Shown here one piece after another: positions 19,388 through 29,566 of a DNA stretch of 62,696 bases (position 1 is the stretch's first letter; each line of letters starts with the position of its first letter). Below the pieces are notes generated by a model, which was not told the DNA's origin, did no database searches, and saw only the letters and a program-made list of their open reading frames with translations. This DNA is from Thermovirgaceae bacterium. GTDB lineage: Bacteria; Synergistota; Synergistia; Synergistales; Thermovirgaceae. A program made the position numbers and the translations under genes. The stretch is from the NCBI GenBank assembly GCA_046542505.1, contig JBKHBH010000002.1, forward strand, positions 1 to 62,696. The letters are read 5' to 3'.

Positions 19388-21369
19388 TTGCAATGTATCT
19401 CGGCAAAGCGGACGTAAACACCTTTGACAAAGGCGCCGGCCGGGAATTTCTGGTTTCGAACGGTCAGGGAGGGTATGGCTTCTCAACCGTTGTCGGAGCC
19501 AACACCCGAAGGGAACATGGGCTTCTGGTGGTAAAGAAAGACCGGTCGGCGCTTTCTACGGTCCTGATAAGCAAGGTCGAGGAAACGCTTTTTGCGGGAG
19601 GAAAGAAATACCAGCTCTCGACCAATCGATATAAAGATGTAGTGTATCCTGATGGATACCGGTATATCCAGGAATACGAGGCCAATCCCCTTCCAAGCAC
19701 GCTGTTTGTCATACATAGCACTCTCCTGAAAAAGACAATTTTCATGCCCAGAGACTCGCAAAGCACGGTGATCAAATATGAACTGCTCGCGAGTCCAGAA
19801 ACGGTACAGATCGAACTCAGGCCCCTGTGCGCACACCGCCCCGTTACCTCAACAAACAGGAAAGAGAGCGTTGAGGGAACCTTCCAGGCGGAAGTGTCGG
19901 GGGGAGCTTTAACCGTCAGCGGCAACGGCGTTTATAGCCATGTTTACGGGACCCGTGGCGATTGGGAATACAAACCCCTCTGGTTCGAAAATGTCTTTTA
20001 CGCCCTTGACGAATGTGCGGAAGAACCTGACAGACTCGAAGACCTTTGGTCCCCGGGACTTCTGCCCTTTGAAATGGCCGAAGGCGATGTAGTGTATGTC
20101 GTTGTCGGCTCCGAACCCGCAGGAACAAAACCGGCGACACTCGATCGGATGGAAAGGGAAACCGTCCAATGGATACGGAACAAGACCAGGGATTCCCATA
20201 TTGTAGAAAAGGCCGAATTCACCTCTGACCTTCTTCAGTCGGCCATACATTGTTTTACGGAGGACACCGAAGGGGAACATGCCATTTTGACCGGTTTCCC
20301 TTCGGTAAAAGAAGCCGCTCGTGATGCCTTCATCGCCCTTCCTGGACTCTCCCGAGCCTCCGGCAAGTTAGATACGTCTTTTGCGATTCTTGAAAACTGG
20401 ATGGAACGCGCAAAAGAAAATGGCGGGATTATGCCGACGGAAGTTGACCCAGTTATGGGAAAATATCTGACCACAGCTGTAGACAGTGGGCTCTGGTACG
20501 TTTACGCAATGGACAAGCTTGCGGAAACAATGGAGAGCATGGAAATAATAAAGTCCCGTTGGCAGGACCTGAAAATGCTCGTAAACCGCTATATGGAGCC
20601 TATTCCAGAACTCGATCTTTCCTGTGGCCATGACGGGCTGCTGGGGATTTCCACAGACGACCCCGCCAGACACTGGATGAACGGAAGCGTCAAGGGCAAA
20701 GCTGTGGTAAAACGCAAAGGCAGGCTCGTCGAAATAAACGCCCTCTGGTACTACGTCCTGCGCAAAATGGAACATTTCGCCGAGCTGCTTGATGACTCCG
20801 AAGCCCGAAAGAGCTTTGGCGGATTCGCTGAAAAGGTACGGACATCATTTCTGGACACTTTCTGGTCCGAGAAAGGATATCTCAAGGACTGGGTCGATGA
20901 TGACCAATGCGATGACGCCATACGGTGCAACCAGATTCTGGCCGTTTCACTCCCGGCGTCCCCACTTGATCCAGAGCGCGGCCGGTCAGTAACGGAAACA
21001 TGCTGGAAGGAGCTTTATACCACTTACGGGCTCAGGACGCTGGATCCGCATCACAACAAGTACAAGGGGAGATGTGAAGGCAGACTGGATCAAAGGGAGA
21101 AGGCGCGGTTTCGAGGTATGGCCTGGCCGTGGCTTTTGGGGCAGTTCATTACTGCCTTTCTCAAATTCAATCCAGACAGACAGGATCTCGCCTGGTGTTT
21201 TATCCGTCCTTTCAAGGCCCATCTTCGCCACGGGTGCCTCGGGGGCATCGCCCAGAATTTTGACGGGAGCATGCCATATTGCGCTCACGGGGATGCCTTG
21301 TCCGCCATGAGCGTCGGCGAAATTTTGAGGGTCATTGACGAAGATCTCCAGAAGGAACGCGGCGTCTGA
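19384..21369 (+). CDS. Archaeal-type glycogen debranching enzyme (amylo-alpha-1,6-glucosidase) family protein, catalytic residues apparently altered
   Basis: REFLVSNGQGGY...NTRREHGLLV N-terminal domain, VEINALWY, IRCNQ, GLRTLDP, WPWL motifs. Confidence 0.88.
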   Translation: MIAMYLGKADVNTFDKGAGREFLVSNGQGGYGFSTVVGANTRREHGLLVVKKDRSALSTVLISKVEETLFAGGKKYQLSTNRYKDVVYPDGYRYIQEYEANPLPSTLFVIHSTLLKKTIFMPRDSQSTVIKYELLASPETVQIELRPLCAHRPVTSTNRKESVEGTFQAEVSGGALTVSGNGVYSHVYGTRGDWEYKPLWFENVFYALDECAEEPDRLEDLWSPGLLPFEMAEGDVVYVVVGSEPAGTKPATLDRMERETVQWIRNKTRDSHIVEKAEFTSDLLQSAIHCFTEDTEGEHAILTGFPSVKEAARDAFIALPGLSRASGKLDTSFAILENWMERAKENGGIMPTEVDPVMGKYLTTAVDSGLWYVYAMDKLAETMESMEIIKSRWQDLKMLVNRYMEPIPELDLSCGHDGLLGISTDDPARHWMNGSVKGKAVVKRKGRLVEINALWYYVLRKMEHFAELLDDSEARKSFGGFAEKVRTSFLDTFWSEKGYLKDWVDDDQCDDAIRCNQILAVSLPASPLDPERGRSVTETCWKELYTTYGLRTLDPHHNKYKGRCEGRLDQREKARFRGMAWPWLLGQFITAFLKFNPDRQDLAWCFIRPFKAHLRHGCLGGIAQNFDGSMPYCAHGDALSAMSVGEILRVIDEDLQKERGV

Positions 21370-21401
21370 TCGACGAAACTCGAAGGAATATCTCGATTTC
21401 G

Positions 21402-21420
21402 AAAGGGCCCGGGCCCTTTT
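21402..21420 (+). terminator. Perfect 18-bp palindrome; terminator-like hairpin or operator upstream of gap
   Basis: AAAGGGCCCGGGCCCTTT followed by T, 15 nt before the gap RBS. Confidence 0.45.
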
Positions 21421-21448
21421 ATCAAAAACGGATGGAGGAGTGATTACC

Positions 21449-22465
21449 ATGAAAAAAGCACGTGTCGCCATCAATGGATTCGGGCGGATAGGCAGGCTTG
21501 CCCTTCGGGCCCTGCATCAATACGACAGGGAAGGGCTTTTTGACATTGTCGCCACAAACAGTAGAACCGATGCCGGCCAAAGAGCCTACCTGTTCAAGTT
21601 TGATTCCGTTCACAGACGTTTTCCCGGAAAGGTCGAGTCCAAAAAGGATGCTATCGTCATCGATGGGAAGGAAGTCAAGGTTCTCCAAGTCGCCGACACG
21701 AAGGATCTTCCCTGGAAGGACCTGGAGATCGACATCGTGATTGAATCCTCGGGAAGATATACCGATGCGGAAAAAGCGAAAACACACCTGGATGCCGGCG
21801 CCAAAAAGGTTCTCATTACAGCACCTGCAAAAGGCGAAGATGCCACAATCGTCATGGGCGTGAACGAAGGTATTTATGATGCAAAAGCCCACAACATCAT
21901 TTCCAACGCCTCATGCACGACAAACTGCCTCGCGCCCGTCATAAAAGTTCTTCACGAACGGTTCGGTATCGTAAAAGGGCTCATGACAACGGCCCATTCC
22001 TACACGAACGACCAGAAGACCCTTGACGCCTCTCACAAAAAGCTTCATCGGGGACGCGCCGCAGCCCTTTCAATCATTCCGACAACGACTGGGGCGGCGG
22101 CGGCCATCGGGAAAGTTATCCCGGACATACAGGGGAAACTCAACGGAATCGCCATGCGGGTACCGACACCTGATGTGTCTGTGATCGACCTTACCGTGGA
22201 ACTCGAGAAAGCCGTAAAAGCCGAAACAATCAACGAAACCGTCAAGGAATATTCCCTGGGCGAGCTGAAGGGCATTTTGGGATACGAGACGGAGGACCTC
22301 GTATCCATGGATTTTGTGGGTGACAGCCATTCCTCGATATTCGCCGGGAATCACACCATGATCATCGACAATATGGTAAAAACCCTTGCGTGGTACGACA
22401 ATGAGTGGGGTTACGCGTGCAGGGTTCTCGACCTCGTGAATTACATGATCAAAAAGGGGTTGTAA
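21449..22465 (+). CDS. gap: Type I glyceraldehyde-3-phosphate dehydrogenase
   Basis: INGFGRIGR, ASCTTNCL, WYDNEWGY; GGAGG RBS before ATG 21449. Confidence 0.98.
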   Translation: MKKARVAINGFGRIGRLALRALHQYDREGLFDIVATNSRTDAGQRAYLFKFDSVHRRFPGKVESKKDAIVIDGKEVKVLQVADTKDLPWKDLEIDIVIESSGRYTDAEKAKTHLDAGAKKVLITAPAKGEDATIVMGVNEGIYDAKAHNIISNASCTTNCLAPVIKVLHERFGIVKGLMTTAHSYTNDQKTLDASHKKLHRGRAAALSIIPTTTGAAAAIGKVIPDIQGKLNGIAMRVPTPDVSVIDLTVELEKAVKAETINETVKEYSLGELKGILGYETEDLVSMDFVGDSHSSIFAGNHTMIIDNMVKTLAWYDNEWGYACRVLDLVNYMIKKGL

Positions 22466-22471
22466 TCGCCG

Positions 22472-23683
22472 ATGACGCTGAAAGACATCACTTCAGCCAG
22501 GGTCAGCGACAGGAAAGTCCTTCTCAGGGTGGACTTCAACGTCCCACTGGAGGGGGGACGCATAACAGACGATACGAGAGTCCGGGCCCATCTTGAAACG
22601 ATCCGTTTTCTCATGGAGAATGGTGCGAAAACAGCCCTCATCTCCCACCTAGGGAGACCCAAGGGAAAAACCGTGGCAGAACTGTCCCTGAGACCTCTGG
22701 CGGGAAAGCTGAAAGAGCTTCTCGGCGTTGAGGTCCCTTTCATTGAAGACTGCATTAGCGAGGATCTGCCCGCACGGCTCGATGACATTGAAAAAGGCGG
22801 CTTGATCCTTCTGGAAAACACGCGTTTCCATCACCAGGAGGAAGCCAATGACCCAGTTTTTTCCGAAAAACTGGCTGCCCCCTTTGATCTTTTTGTCATG
22901 GACGCCTTCAGTGCGTCCCACAGGGCCCATGCGTCCACCAGGGGCGTGGCCGATTACCTTCCGTCCTTTGCAGGATTTCTGATCGAGAAAGAAGTGCGCA
23001 TTCTCAAGACTGTGCGGGACGAACCGCAAAAACCTCTCGTTCTTGTGCTTGGCGGGGCCAAGGTGACAGACAAGATAGGCCTTGTGGAAAACATGGCGAA
23101 GAAGGCAGCGGTGATTCTCATCGGCGGGGCTATGGCCTTTCCGTTCATGAAAGCCGCTGGACTGTCCGTCGGACACTCGAAATGCGACGATGAAAACACG
23201 GTAAAGGCTCGCTACATTCTTCAAAATACTGCTGGTACCGGCGTCGAACTGATCCTTCCCGAGGACTTCATCGTCTCCGACGCTCCCGAAAATGAGATTG
23301 ACATCTCCGTAGCCCAGGCCCGGTCCTTCCCCGGGAAACTTATGGGGCTGGACATTGGACCCGCAACAAGAGAAGAATTCACCCGTCGCATTGCCTCGGC
23401 ACGTTCCATTCTCTGGAACGGACCGATGGGGATGTTCGAGAGGCCGGCCTTTTCCGAAGGAACCAAAGCCGTGGGAGAAGCCGTCTCGAAACAGACAAAA
23501 AAAGGCGCCATGACGGTTCTCGGCGGAGGCGATACCGCTGCCGCGGCTTACAGTCTGGGATTCGCCGAAAGCGTGACCCACGTGTCAACCGGAGGCGGCG
23601 CAAGCCTTGAATTTTTCGAAGGGAAAAGGCTTCCCGGTCTCGAACCCCTCTATGACGAAAAGCGGGGGAGGACTTCCGAATGA
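22472..23683 (+). CDS. pgk: Phosphoglycerate kinase
   Basis: RVDFNVP, SHLGRP, LLENTRF, WNGPMG, STGGGASLE motifs. Confidence 0.98.
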   Translation: MTLKDITSARVSDRKVLLRVDFNVPLEGGRITDDTRVRAHLETIRFLMENGAKTALISHLGRPKGKTVAELSLRPLAGKLKELLGVEVPFIEDCISEDLPARLDDIEKGGLILLENTRFHHQEEANDPVFSEKLAAPFDLFVMDAFSASHRAHASTRGVADYLPSFAGFLIEKEVRILKTVRDEPQKPLVLVLGGAKVTDKIGLVENMAKKAAVILIGGAMAFPFMKAAGLSVGHSKCDDENTVKARYILQNTAGTGVELILPEDFIVSDAPENEIDISVAQARSFPGKLMGLDIGPATREEFTRRIASARSILWNGPMGMFERPAFSEGTKAVGEAVSKQTKKGAMTVLGGGDTAAAAYSLGFAESVTHVSTGGGASLEFFEGKRLPGLEPLYDEKRGRTSE

Positions 23684-24483
23684 CTGAAAAAAGAAATCCC
23701 ATCGTCATTGCCGGCAACTGGAAGATGAACAACGGCGTACAGGAAACAACGAAATACCTCAAGAAGCTGATAAACCTCCTTTCCGCCAGAACAGAGATTC
23801 ACCGGGCACTTTCAGCCGGCTGCATCCAACTGATCCTCTTCCCTCCATCGGTCTCCCTGTTTAGTGCATGCACTATATCCGCAAACACGACCATAGCCAT
23901 AGGAACCCAAAACGTTCACTGGGAAACAAAAGGCGCGTTTACCGGCGAAATTTCCGTGCCCATGGTCAAGGAAACTGGAATTCGATATGCCCTCGTCGGC
24001 CACAGCGAGCGGCGTCATGTTTTCGGAGAAACCGTGGAGATGACGGCAAAAAAGCTCGTCGCCTGCATAAAAGAGAACGTTACCCCTGTATTGTGCATCG
24101 GGGAAACCGATAAAGAACGTTCGGAAGGACTAACTGAGGACGTACTGGCAAGACAGTTCGACGGTGCCTTCAGGAGAGAAATCGTCCTCGACGAAAAAAA
24201 AGACAGGCTGTACATTGCCTATGAACCGGTATGGGCCATCGGAACCGGGAATACAGCAACACCTGATGATGCAGAAGCCGCATGCCGTTTCGTCAGGGAA
24301 CGGATATCCCGCAGATTCGGCCCACGTATATCCGAAACAGCAAGGATCCTTTACGGTGGAAGCGTCAAGCCAGGAAATTCCCGGGAGCTTCTTTCACAGG
24401 AAAATATCGACGGAGCTCTCGTAGGAGGTGCGTCACTCGATCCTGAGGAGTTTCTTGAAATCGCTGATGCCGCACTTTCGTGA
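23680..24483 (+). CDS. tpiA: Triosephosphate isomerase
   Basis: AGNWKMN, GHSERR, AYEPVWAIGTG, YGGSV, LVGGASL motifs. Confidence 0.98.
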   Translation: MTEKRNPIVIAGNWKMNNGVQETTKYLKKLINLLSARTEIHRALSAGCIQLILFPPSVSLFSACTISANTTIAIGTQNVHWETKGAFTGEISVPMVKETGIRYALVGHSERRHVFGETVEMTAKKLVACIKENVTPVLCIGETDKERSEGLTEDVLARQFDGAFRREIVLDEKKDRLYIAYEPVWAIGTGNTATPDDAEAACRFVRERISRRFGPRISETARILYGGSVKPGNSRELLSQENIDGALVGGASLDPEEFLEIADAALS

Positions 24484-24493
24484 CGGCGGAACA

Positions 24494-24521
24494 ACGCAAC
24501 ATAAGATATATTATAAGACAC
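24494..24521 (-). other. Candidate dif (XerC/D recombination) site
   Basis: - strand reads GTGTCTTATAA-TATATC-TTATGTTGCGT: 11-6-11 layout with ATAA-N6-TTAT core, intergenic, at the orientation switch. Confidence 0.5.
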
Positions 24522-24549
24522 TACACGACGACCCTCCTCGCCGTCATTT

Positions 24550-24590
24550 AAAAAAGGCGGAACCTTCTTCAGGTTCCGCCTTTCGCTTTT
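24550..24590. terminator. Bidirectional intrinsic terminator between convergent tpiA and rsfS
   Basis: 13-bp stem AAAGGCGGAACCT/AGGTTCCGCCTTT, loop TCTTC, A-run on the left and T-rich run on the right. Confidence 0.85.
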
Positions 24591-24643
24591 AGTCTTTACT
24601 GATTAAAAAACTGTCTCACTCGTTTCCGCTAACAGCAAAAGCG

Positions 24644-25039
24644 TTACAAGTCTTGAAACACGTCTGGTTTCTCATCATCTTCATCGTCATCTTCACCGAA
24701 GTATTCGATCGGTGCATCGGCCCAAATGCTTTCAAGCCGGTAGAACTCACGGCCTTTCCTGCTGAAGATATTGACGACAAAATCTCCGGCGTCGATCAGA
24801 ATCCATCTTGGGCTTTTTTCACCTTCGACATAGAAATCAAGGTTTTTCTCCTCGAGATAGTCCGCTACGTAATCCTTCAGGGTCCTCATATGAATATCGG
24901 ATTTTCCCGACACAAGGACAAGGCAGTCAGCTATAGTTGATTGACCTTCCAGGTCAATCACGGCGATCCTTTCACCATGTCTGTCAGATAGAAGGGCGAC
25001 TAGTTCCTTGAGATTGGCTGCTTCAGATGTCTGCATCAC
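24644..25039 (-). CDS. rsfS: Ribosome silencing factor RsfS (Iojap)
   Basis: IADCLVLVSG.S..H, VEG...WILIDAGD.VVNIF...R.FY.LE.IW. Confidence 0.93.
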   Translation of the reverse strand: MMQTSEAANLKELVALLSDRHGERIAVIDLEGQSTIADCLVLVSGKSDIHMRTLKDYVADYLEEKNLDFYVEGEKSPRWILIDAGDFVVNIFSRKGREFYRLESIWADAPIEYFGEDDDEDDEKPDVFQDL

Positions 25040-25084
25040 ATACCCCCTCTGTTGATGTAATCGGCGCGATGAATCAATTTCGAC

Positions 25085-26353
25085 TCACTGCTTTATCTCT
25101 TCCAGGCGCTTGAGGACTCTCTCATGATCTTTTCCGAAAATTATTGTAACATTTTCCAGATCCTTTTCAGGCCTGACGACTTCTTCGGGGAGATCACACA
25201 GCGTCGCAAGAGCCTTCGCCTTCTCCGATGCACCTTGCGTTTTTTCGGGATACCGTATGGACGTGTACCGGTAGTCAAAGTGTTTTGCATTGCCTGCGTA
25301 GTCAACATCGACTCCGATGCGCTGGAGCTGCCTTGATGCGAGCCCCGCAAGGCCCGCTTGTCCCGACCCATTGAGCACAACGACCGAGCTGTCCAGTTTC
25401 TCGAGAAGTTCCTGGACCGGTACTGGAGAAGACAGCTCCCCAACCTGCTGCCCCGATCCTTCATCATCCGAGACCGTATCATCCCCAGGCATCGCCGTCA
25501 AAAGCTCCGAAGCCGCACTCAAGTCTGGAATCCAGTAGCTTACGTCCGCTATATAGGCGGAACGCCCCGGAAGAATGCCGATCATCATTTGATAGGAAGG
25601 TATATCCTTCAGGTAGGCGACAAGCTGAACCGCCTGGCTTACGGTCATGTTGGTTTCGACCAGTTCCAGCCCCTGTTTCAGGATTTCCGGAATTTTCGAA
25701 AGCATCTCCGGCTGCGTGATCCTCCGGAAAACCGCCCTGAAGAACCGCTGCTGCCGTTCGACCCGTCCGATGTCACCAAGAGCGTCATGTCTGAAACGAA
25801 CATACTTCAGGGCCGTTTCTCCGTCCATGCGTTGCTCTCCCTGTGGAATGTCTATGTGAAGGTCCCCGGCGCGGTCCGTGTATCGAAGCCGTTTTGTTAC
25901 GGTGATATCCACTCCTCCGATGAGATCCACCAGCTCCGGGAAACTCTCGTAATTGACTACAGCGTAGTAATGTAATGGTATCCCCAAAAGGTTGATCACT
26001 GTCTCTTCCAGCATATCAACTCCACCGTAGGCAAAGGCATGATTCATTTTTTCCCAGCCCTTGTCGGGTATCTGGACCCTGGTATCCCTCGGGATCGATA
26101 TGATCCTCACGACTTTCTCGTCTATATCAAGAGAGGCCACGGCAATCGTGTCGGATCTTTGTGTTTTTTCCCCAGGGATATCATCGACACCAACCACAAG
26201 AAGATTTATGGCTCCCGTTTTCTCGTCGTAGGTCACATTCTCCCTGATAGAATCCGGGTTCGGGTTCAGGATAGGCATGAGCTTGATCCCCGCCCCCGCA
26301 AACAGGGCAAACAGCGCACCCACTACCAGGAACAAACCGCCTTTTTTCAACAC
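25085..26353 (-). CDS. LytR-CpsA-Psr (LCP) family protein with C-terminal LytR_C domain
   Basis: N-terminal TM, RSDTI, SIPRDT, YVRFRHD..GDIGR..RQQ, C-terminal VLNGSG..GLA. Confidence 0.92.
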   Translation of the reverse strand: MLKKGGLFLVVGALFALFAGAGIKLMPILNPNPDSIRENVTYDEKTGAINLLVVGVDDIPGEKTQRSDTIAVASLDIDEKVVRIISIPRDTRVQIPDKGWEKMNHAFAYGGVDMLEETVINLLGIPLHYYAVVNYESFPELVDLIGGVDITVTKRLRYTDRAGDLHIDIPQGEQRMDGETALKYVRFRHDALGDIGRVERQQRFFRAVFRRITQPEMLSKIPEILKQGLELVETNMTVSQAVQLVAYLKDIPSYQMMIGILPGRSAYIADVSYWIPDLSAASELLTAMPGDDTVSDDEGSGQQVGELSSPVPVQELLEKLDSSVVVLNGSGQAGLAGLASRQLQRIGVDVDYAGNAKHFDYRYTSIRYPEKTQGASEKAKALATLCDLPEEVVRPEKDLENVTIIFGKDHERVLKRLEEIKQ

Positions 26354-26360
26354 TGGAAAA

Positions 26361-28747
<2,387 letters not shown>

Positions 28748-28761
<14 letters not shown>

Positions 28762-29086
28762 CCTGCTCCACCTCCGTAATCCGAACATGCGACGGATATG
28801 ATTCGGCCATAGCCCGAAGGCTTTCCGCCGCCGTCTCCATGAGCACCGTTGCACATTTCTCTTCAGGTTTTCCAAGGGTTATCGACATGAACCCGCCTTC
28901 ATGATCCTTTTTGACCTCCACATCGGTCCGCCCCAGAATTTCCTTCAAGCCGATAGCCAAAGACTGGATCACCGTTGAGAGTCCCGCACAGACGATATCC
29001 TCGCCTTTTCCGGCAAAAGCGGCATGCCCCCGGATCTCGATTTTCAGGGTACGGCCTCCCTTTTGGACAAGACGGACATCAGTCAT
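28748..29086 (-). CDS. prp: Ribosomal-processing cysteine protease Prp
   Basis: GHA...G.DIVCA catalytic motif, located between rplU and rpmA. Confidence 0.94.
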
Positions 29087-29095
29087 TTCAGCGTA

Positions 29096-29410
29096 TCAGG
29101 CTTCTATTTCCTCGATACGAAGTCTCGTGAATGATTGCCTGTGACCCTGGGTCCTTCGTGACTGTTTCGACTTATTCTTGTATTTGAAGACCGTGACTTT
29201 TTCCCCTTTGCCTTGCTTGTCGATCACGGCCCTAACCCGCGCGTTTTCCAGGTACGGAGTACCGACGGAAACTCCTTCGTCGGCTGCAACCATCAAAACC
29301 TTGTTCAGCTCGACTTTTTCACCGGGCTCTCCCTGAATCTTCTCGACATTTATCACGTCGCCCGACGCAATTCGGTATTGCTTGCCTCCCGTTTCTACAA
29401 CTGCGTACAT
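29096..29410 (-). CDS. rplU: 50S ribosomal protein L21
   Basis: MYAVVETGGKQY...GHRQ; AGGAGG RBS. Confidence 0.98.
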   Translation of the reverse strand: MYAVVETGGKQYRIASGDVINVEKIQGEPGEKVELNKVLMVAADEGVSVGTPYLENARVRAVIDKQGKGEKVTVFKYKNKSKQSRRTQGHRQSFTRLRIEEIEA

Positions 29411-29424
29411 ACATATCCTCCTTC

Positions 29425-29476
29425 CGCTGGAACCGAGGGCGTCTCTCGAGGAGATCTTGCGAGCCCTTTCCATGCG
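29425..29476 (-). ncRNA. Structured 5' leader of the rplU operon (L21-leader-like)
   Basis: Nested pairing CGC(A)TGGAA/TTCCAGCG and AGGGC/GCCCT enclosing TC-GCAA-GA (GNRA) and TCTC/GAGA hairpins; ends just before the RBS. Confidence 0.55.
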
Positions 29477-29496
29477 TTTTTCCTCACAGCTTCTGG

Positions 29497-29525
29497 ATTG
29501 TAAGATGCCTGGCCGGCTGCGTCAA
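29497..29525 (-). promoter_or_regulatory. Sigma70-type promoter of rplU-prp-rpmA
   Basis: TTGACG-17 nt-TACAAT; a second TGgTATAAT extended -10 lies near 29546-29554. Confidence 0.75.
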
Positions 29526-29566
29526 GCCGCTCCGACCGAATGTGCATTATACCATAAAACGTCCCG

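Noticed and set aside
22649..23581. 310-aa - strand ORF
   Set aside because: Antisense shadow of pgk.
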